Source of the DNA: Bacilli bacterium
GTDB lineage: Bacteria; Bacillota_I; Bacilli_A; RFN20; CAG-826
Reading direction: 5' to 3'
Length of the DNA: 64,000 nt
NCBI GenBank assembly: GCA_024408495.1
Contig: JAKSUY010000001.1
Coordinates: 3,040 to 67,039 of the forward strand
The position numbers and the translations under genes are program-made. The notes under the pieces were generated by a model. It had not been told where the DNA came from. It searched no databases and saw nothing but the letters and a program-made list of their open reading frames with translations. Shown in pieces: positions 59,253-64,000 of the stretch (the first letter of the stretch is position 1; every line of letters begins with the position of its first letter).

Positions 59253-60980
59253 TTAATAACGCATCGACATATTCGTAAATTTAGTTTTATCATCCTTTGA
59301 ATAACGATCAATATCTTTATCATTATTATATAGCTTAGCGATATTCGCGCAGTGAGAATATACACGTTCATAACTATTTAAGATATCTACATAGATTAAT
59401 GAGATGTAGTTATTAGTCTCACCTTTTTTGCTTGATGTCCTTTTAAAATATGCTTCTTGATAATCATCTAATTTTTTATTGTAATCACGTCTTTGTTTAA
59501 TTACTTTAAGCGCTAAAGATTTATCACTATTTTCATATACATCTAAAGTCTTAGTGATTAAGTCTAATGCCATCTTGTGCGCATTATTAATTTCTTTTAA
59601 TTGATCTTCATCGAATTTATTCTTCTTCTCATATATATTAGTGTAGAAAGTTAATAGACTTTGACCATAATCACCAATTCTTTCAATATCTTTAATGCCT
59701 CTCATAATCCGACCATGACGTCTTAAATCACGTCTTGATAAATCACCAGTTTCGGCATTTAGCAAAAAGTCCGCTAAATGACGGTCAATATTATCCGTAG
59801 CTCTTTCAAGCTCCAAGATATAGGTCTTTAAATCTTCGTTATAACCTTTCTTATAATAGACATCTAATTTCTTAAACATGGTAAGAACGTAGCCAAACAT
59901 CTTATCGCTTAAGTCTTTAGCTAAAGCAATGCCAGTAGCCGGGAAGGTTTTAATTACTTTAGGATCAAGTTCTTTAAAGCCAATCTTCTTACCCACACCG
60001 CTTTTATCGGGGAATATTTTTTCACTCGCCCACGCCATCGGTCTTACAAGTGGCAAGAAGATTACTACTGAAGTTAAATTAAAGATTAAATGGAATAAAG
60101 CGATTTGTAATTTAGCGGTATATTCAGTCGCACTTAATGAATTTAAAAACGGTGCTACTGCATAAAGTAAACCCATAAATAATAAACCTGCAGTCACTTT
60201 CATAAAGCCGTTAACTAATGCAACACGTTTACCCATCGCATTACCGCCAAAGGCCGATAATATCGAAGGAATCATCGCACCAATATTAGAACCAATCACG
60301 ATTGGTAATATGCCAAATAAGGTTAAAGGTGAACCACTAACAATAGCAGCGGCGAACACACCTTGCACCACACCAATAACTGCTGAACATGATTGTAAAA
60401 CGAGAGTCACTGCGGTACCAAATAATAATCCTAACCATGGATAATTATTTAAGAACACCATCAAATCACTAAACCATTGTTCTTTAGCAACACCATTCTT
60501 AATGAAGAATTCCATTAACCATATGCCAAAGAAGATTAAGCTAAGGCTAAAGGCAATCTTTGACCATTGCTGGGCTTTTCTATTATGCACAACCATCATC
60601 ACAAAAGCAGCGATAAATGCTACTATCGGCATAAATTGAGAAATACCTGGAATAGAAATTAAGAATGATGTAATACAAGTTCCAAGGTTTGCGCCGATAA
60701 CAATGGCAATTGCGTTTTTATATTCAAGCGCTCCAGCTTTAACTAGACCAATACTTAAAGCATAAGTACCACCACTACTTTGAATTAAAGCGGTAAAACC
60801 AGTACCAATCGCACAACTTTTTACTCGATTACTAGTAGCGCGCGAAATAATTCTACGAAAACGATCACCATCCGCTAATACCTTTAATTCACTAGAAATA
60901 GAGGTTATTCCGTATAAAAATAAGGCTAAACCACCAATGATAAGAGCAATTAAGGGAATAAGTTCTAATCTAATATCCAT
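59253..60980 (-). CDS. Na/Pi cotransporter family protein with a PhoU-like C-terminal domain
   Basis: The membrane domain contains repeated QSS and GANLGT motifs. The helical C-terminal region is PhoU-like. Confidence 0.75.
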   Translation of the reverse strand: MDIRLELIPLIALIIGGLALFLYGITSISSELKVLADGDRFRRIISRATSNRVKSCAIGTGFTALIQSSGGTYALSIGLVKAGALEYKNAIAIVIGANLGTCITSFLISIPGISQFMPIVAFIAAFVMMVVHNRKAQQWSKIAFSLSLIFFGIWLMEFFIKNGVAKEQWFSDLMVFLNNYPWLGLLFGTAVTLVLQSCSAVIGVVQGVFAAAIVSGSPLTLFGILPIVIGSNIGAMIPSILSAFGGNAMGKRVALVNGFMKVTAGLLFMGLLYAVAPFLNSLSATEYTAKLQIALFHLIFNLTSVVIFLPLVRPMAWASEKIFPDKSGVGKKIGFKELDPKVIKTFPATGIALAKDLSDKMFGYVLTMFKKLDVYYKKGYNEDLKTYILELERATDNIDRHLADFLLNAETGDLSRRDLRRHGRIMRGIKDIERIGDYGQSLLTFYTNIYEKKNKFDEDQLKEINNAHKMALDLITKTLDVYENSDKSLALKVIKQRRDYNKKLDDYQEAYFKRTSSKKGETNNYISLIYVDILNSYERVYSHCANIAKLYNNDKDIDRYSKDDKTKFTNMSMRY

Positions 60981-61043
60981 TCTTGTATCAATTTAAACGT
61001 CTATATTATAACATAGATAATTTCTAAATTATCTAAGTATAAA

Positions 61044-61070
61044 TAAAAACCGCTTTCATTAGCGGTTTCT
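61044..61070 (-). terminator. rho-independent terminator
   Basis: On the minus strand: AAACCGCT-AATGAA-AGCGGTTT followed by TTATTTAT. Confidence 0.55.
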
Positions 61071-61079
61071 ATTAATTAT

Positions 61080-61658
61080 TTACTTCTTTTTTGCTTTAGG
61101 AGCGGTGGCAATATAACAACTTTTTTTATATTTGCGTAACTTTACAATAAATAGCGGAACGCCTATTGCTAAAAGAACAATCGCTAATGAACCAAAACCA
61201 ATACTAAGGTAATTGAACAAATCTATTCTATATTGCACATCTGCTGGCACTCTTCGTATCGCTGGCCATTCATTTAATAAATTATAGGCAAGAAAATCAA
61301 GCGAGATTACTAAGGAAACTAGACCACAAATCCACATAGCTAAAAATGGTGGATAACCCTTTTTAACCCTCACAGGGACCTTCTTAACAATAGTAATCGG
61401 TTTTACATTCTCTTCTTCTTGCACTGGATAATGTAAATATTTTTTAGCATATTTATAAATTTTTCCGGTTCTTGCTAATTCAGTAACTTCCTTTTTAGCT
61501 TCAGCAATATATTGTTTGCTAGAAAGTTTCGCATCTTCTTTAATGAAAGAATAATAATGACAAGTTTTACCTTTATATTCAAAAGTCACTAATACTTCTT
61601 TAAAACCTTTATGGCTAGAAGGAATTAGTTGATAATTAAACTTCTCAATTTTTTTCAT
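61080..61658 (-). CDS. hypothetical membrane protein (soluble N-terminal domain plus 2 TM helices)
   Basis: 192-aa ORF with a GGGGA SD and a terminator downstream. Confidence 0.5.
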   Translation of the reverse strand: MKKIEKFNYQLIPSSHKGFKEVLVTFEYKGKTCHYYSFIKEDAKLSSKQYIAEAKKEVTELARTGKIYKYAKKYLHYPVQEEENVKPITIVKKVPVRVKKGYPPFLAMWICGLVSLVISLDFLAYNLLNEWPAIRRVPADVQYRIDLFNYLSIGFGSLAIVLLAIGVPLFIVKLRKYKKSCYIATAPKAKKK

Positions 61659-61762
61659 AATGATTCCCCTTTATTGCATTTTCTTTGTGCTAATAATTGT
61701 AGAATTATTAGTGATATATGCATATTCAATTATATTAAGAAACGATTATATTAGCAAATTAG

Positions 61763-62038
61763 TCAAACTTCATCATCCGCAACTGCGAAAATTAAATGAT
61801 GGAAAAACAAGCACCAAATAATATCAAGATAAGCAATCGCAACGCCGCCAAATGTCACTAGTAATGCTAATAAAAAATATCCAAAATTTGGATGATCCGC
61901 GAATTTTAACCATCTTACTCCAATTTCCATAATCCAGTTTAAAATAAGAATAAACAAAAACAAGAATTGAATACCACGCAGTCTACGATTAAACCAATGT
62001 AAAAAAAAAAACCTTCCTAACTTTGGATATTTTATCAT
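61763..62038 (-). CDS. hypothetical small membrane protein
   Basis: 91 aa with 2-3 TM helices. I recognise no motif. Confidence 0.4.
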   Translation of the reverse strand: MIKYPKLGRFFFLHWFNRRLRGIQFLFLFILILNWIMEIGVRWLKFADHPNFGYFLLALLVTFGGVAIAYLDIIWCLFFHHLIFAVADDEV

Positions 62039-62076
62039 AAATTTTGTCTATTTTTTTATTTATCAAATAAAATATA

Positions 62077-62085
62077 TGCTATAAT
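62077..62085 (+). promoter_or_regulatory. extended -10 element upstream of pckA
   Basis: TGCTATAAT lies at 62077-62085, and an AAGGAG SD precedes the ATG at 62125. Confidence 0.4.
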
Positions 62086-62124
62086 TTACTCAAGTTTTTG
62101 TTCATCAGATAAGGAGAACATATT

Positions 62125-63729
62125 ATGGCAAATATTGATTTATCAAAGTATGGCATTAAGGACGTTAAAGAAATCGTTCATAATCCATCTTATGATTTAT
62201 TGTTTAGCGAGGAAACTAAACCTGAATTAACTGGATACGATAAAGGTACAGTAACTGAATTAGGAGCAGTAAATGTTATGACTGGTATTTATACTGGTCG
62301 TTCACCTAAAGATAAATTTATTGTTATGGATGAGAATTCCAAAGACACCGTTTGGTGGACTACTCCTGAATATAAAAACGATAACCACCCCGCAAGTAAA
62401 GAGACGTGGGAAGCAGTTAAGAAAATCGCCATTGAAGAATTATCTAACAAAAAATTATATGTAGTTGATGCCTTCTGTGGCGCTAATAAAGACACTAGAA
62501 TGGCTGTGCGTTTTATCGTTGAAGTAGCGTGGCAAGCACATTTTATTAAGAACATGTTTATTCAACCAACCGCTGAAGAATTAGAAAATTTTGAACCTGA
62601 CTTCGTAGTTTACAATGCTTCTAAAGCTAAAGTAAGTAATTATAAAGAACTTGGTTTAAATAGTGAAACCGCAGTAGTCTTTAACATTTCTTCTCGTGAA
62701 CAAGTCATTATCAATACTTGGTATGGCGGTGAAATGAAGAAAGGCTTATTCTCTATGATGAATTATTACCTTCCATTAAAAGGTATTGCGAGTATGCACT
62801 GCTCCGCAAATACTAATCTAGAAGGCAAAGATACCGCCATCTTCTTTGGCTTATCAGGAACTGGTAAGACTACTTTGTCGACCGATCCAAAACGTTTATT
62901 AATCGGTGATGATGAACACGGATGGGATGATCGCGGAGTATTTAATTTTGAAGGCGGATGCTATGCGAAGGTTATTAATCTAGATAAAGATAGCGAGCCG
63001 GATATTTATAATGCGATTAAGCGTAATGCATTACTTGAAAACGTAACCGTTGATGCAAATGGTAAGATTAATTTTGCAGATAAGTCTGTAACCGAGAACA
63101 CTCGTGTTTCTTATCCAATTAATCATATTGAAAAGATTGTTAAACCAATTAGTAGCGCACCTGCGGCCAAGAACGTCATCTTCTTAAGCGCAGATGCTTT
63201 TGGTGTTTTACCACCAGTTAGTATCTTAACTCCTGAACAAACTCAATATTATTTCTTAAGTGGATTCACCGCTAAGTTAGCCGGAACCGAAAGAGGAATT
63301 GTTGAACCAACACCTACTTTCTCAGCTTGCTTTGGTCAAGCCTTCTTAGAATTACCTCCAACTAAATACGCAGAAGAATTAGTAAAGAGAATGAAACAAA
63401 GTGGCGCGAAAGCTTATTTAGTAAATACTGGTTGGAATGGAACTGGTAAACGTATCTCGATTAAAGATACTCGCGGAATTATTGATGCGATTCTTAATGG
63501 ATCGATTAATAATGCTCCAACCAAAACCATTCCTTATTTCAATTTAACTGTTCCAACCCTTTTACCAGGTGTTGATACTAATATTCTTGATCCACGCGAT
63601 ACTTACGCTGATAAGAGCGCCTGGGATAAGAAAGCGCTTGATTTAGCGAGCCGCTTTATCAAAAACTTTAATAAATATACAACTAACGATGCCGGTAAGG
63701 CTTTAGTAAGCGCTGGACCTAAAATATAA
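62125..63729 (+). CDS. pckA: ATP-dependent phosphoenolpyruvate carboxykinase
   Basis: Kinase-1a motif [11 protein letters not shown], plus IGDDEHGW, 534 aa. Confidence 0.95.
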   Translation: MANIDLSKYGIKDVKEIVHNPSYDLLFSEETKPELTGYDKGTVTELGAVNVMTGIYTGRSPKDKFIVMDENSKDTVWWTTPEYKNDNHPASKETWEAVKKIAIEELSNKKLYVVDAFCGANKDTRMAVRFIVEVAWQAHFIKNMFIQPTAEELENFEPDFVVYNASKAKVSNYKELGLNSETAVVFNISSREQVIINTWYGGEMKKGLFSMMNYYLPLKGIASMHCSANTNLEGKDTAIFFGLSGTGKTTLSTDPKRLLIGDDEHGWDDRGVFNFEGGCYAKVINLDKDSEPDIYNAIKRNALLENVTVDANGKINFADKSVTENTRVSYPINHIEKIVKPISSAPAAKNVIFLSADAFGVLPPVSILTPEQTQYYFLSGFTAKLAGTERGIVEPTPTFSACFGQAFLELPPTKYAEELVKRMKQSGAKAYLVNTGWNGTGKRISIKDTRGIIDAILNGSINNAPTKTIPYFNLTVPTLLPGVDTNILDPRDTYADKSAWDKKALDLASRFIKNFNKYTTNDAGKALVSAGPKI

Positions 63730-63746
63730 ATATAAGGAGATAAATA

Positions 63747-64000
63747 ATGGGAGTAAAAATTGTTGAAACTTGTTTAAGAGACGGGCACCAATCTTTATTC
63801 GCGACTCGTATGAACACTGAAGAAGTGTTAAGCGCGTTGCCTGAATTAGATAAGGCTGGATTCCACGCTCTTGAGATTTGGGGAGGCGCAACTTTTGATA
63901 GTTGCCTTCGTTTCTTAAATGAAGATCCATGGGAGAGACTTAGAAAAGCAAAGAAGATTTGTAAACACACTAAACTTCAAATGCTATTCCGTGGTCAAAA
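63747..64000 (+). CDS. carboxyltransferase subunit (oxaloacetate decarboxylase alpha / pyruvate carboxylase B-like), N-terminal part only
   Basis: My own translation is MGVKIVETCLRDGHQSLFATRMNTEEVLSALPELDKAGFHALEIWGGATFDSCLRFLNEDPWERLRKAKK. This matches the HMGL-like carboxyltransferase signature. An AAGGAGA SD is present. Confidence 0.85.
   Translation, partial: MGVKIVETCLRDGHQSLFATRMNTEEVLSALPELDKAGFHALEIWGGATFDSCLRFLNEDPWERLRKAKKICKHTKLQMLFRGQ

Overview
This is a 64-kb chromosomal segment from a low-G+C genome (roughly 30% by eye). It looks like a mollicute-like member of the Bacillota (Acholeplasma, RF39 or Erysipelotrichia type). There are many LxxC lipoproteins and lysine-rich coiled-coil insertions in transporters. 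The genetic code is standard: TGA is a stop (for example the ATGA overlap at 21353-21356) and Trp is TGG. About 60 CDS are tightly packed, mostly on the minus strand.

Housekeeping genes:
- cmk (partial), rplM-rpsI, smpB, galE, gatCAB, ligA, pcrA, asnS
- tsaE-tsaB-rimI-tsaD, ung, gpmA, pckA, and a partial oxaloacetate-decarboxylase-alpha-like gene

Recognisable cis-regulatory RNAs:
- A TPP riboswitch sits in front of a ThiT-like gene.
- A guanine-type purine riboswitch with a terminator sits in front of a BMP-family nucleoside ABC transporter.

I saw no rRNA, tRNA, CRISPR array, transposase or integrase.

Most interesting observations:
1. A six-gene, translationally coupled operon (32041-38291) encodes an adenylating-enzyme/carrier fusion, an LRAT/PLAAT-like NCEHF protein, a tandem PlsC-type acyltransferase, a free carrier protein, an extended MFS_2-like transporter and a small membrane protein. 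It reads like a split, expanded Aas/LplT-type lysolipid salvage and remodelling system.
2. A G+C-rich structured element of about 260 nt (19725-19985) matches no riboswitch or RNA class I know.
3. Three exact 19-nt direct repeats overlap the promoter of a DUF4143-type ATPase gene.
4. Large coiled-coil insertions and extensions occur in the nucleoside ABC transporter and in the MFS protein.

All family assignments come from reading motifs by eye. No database search or folding program was run.
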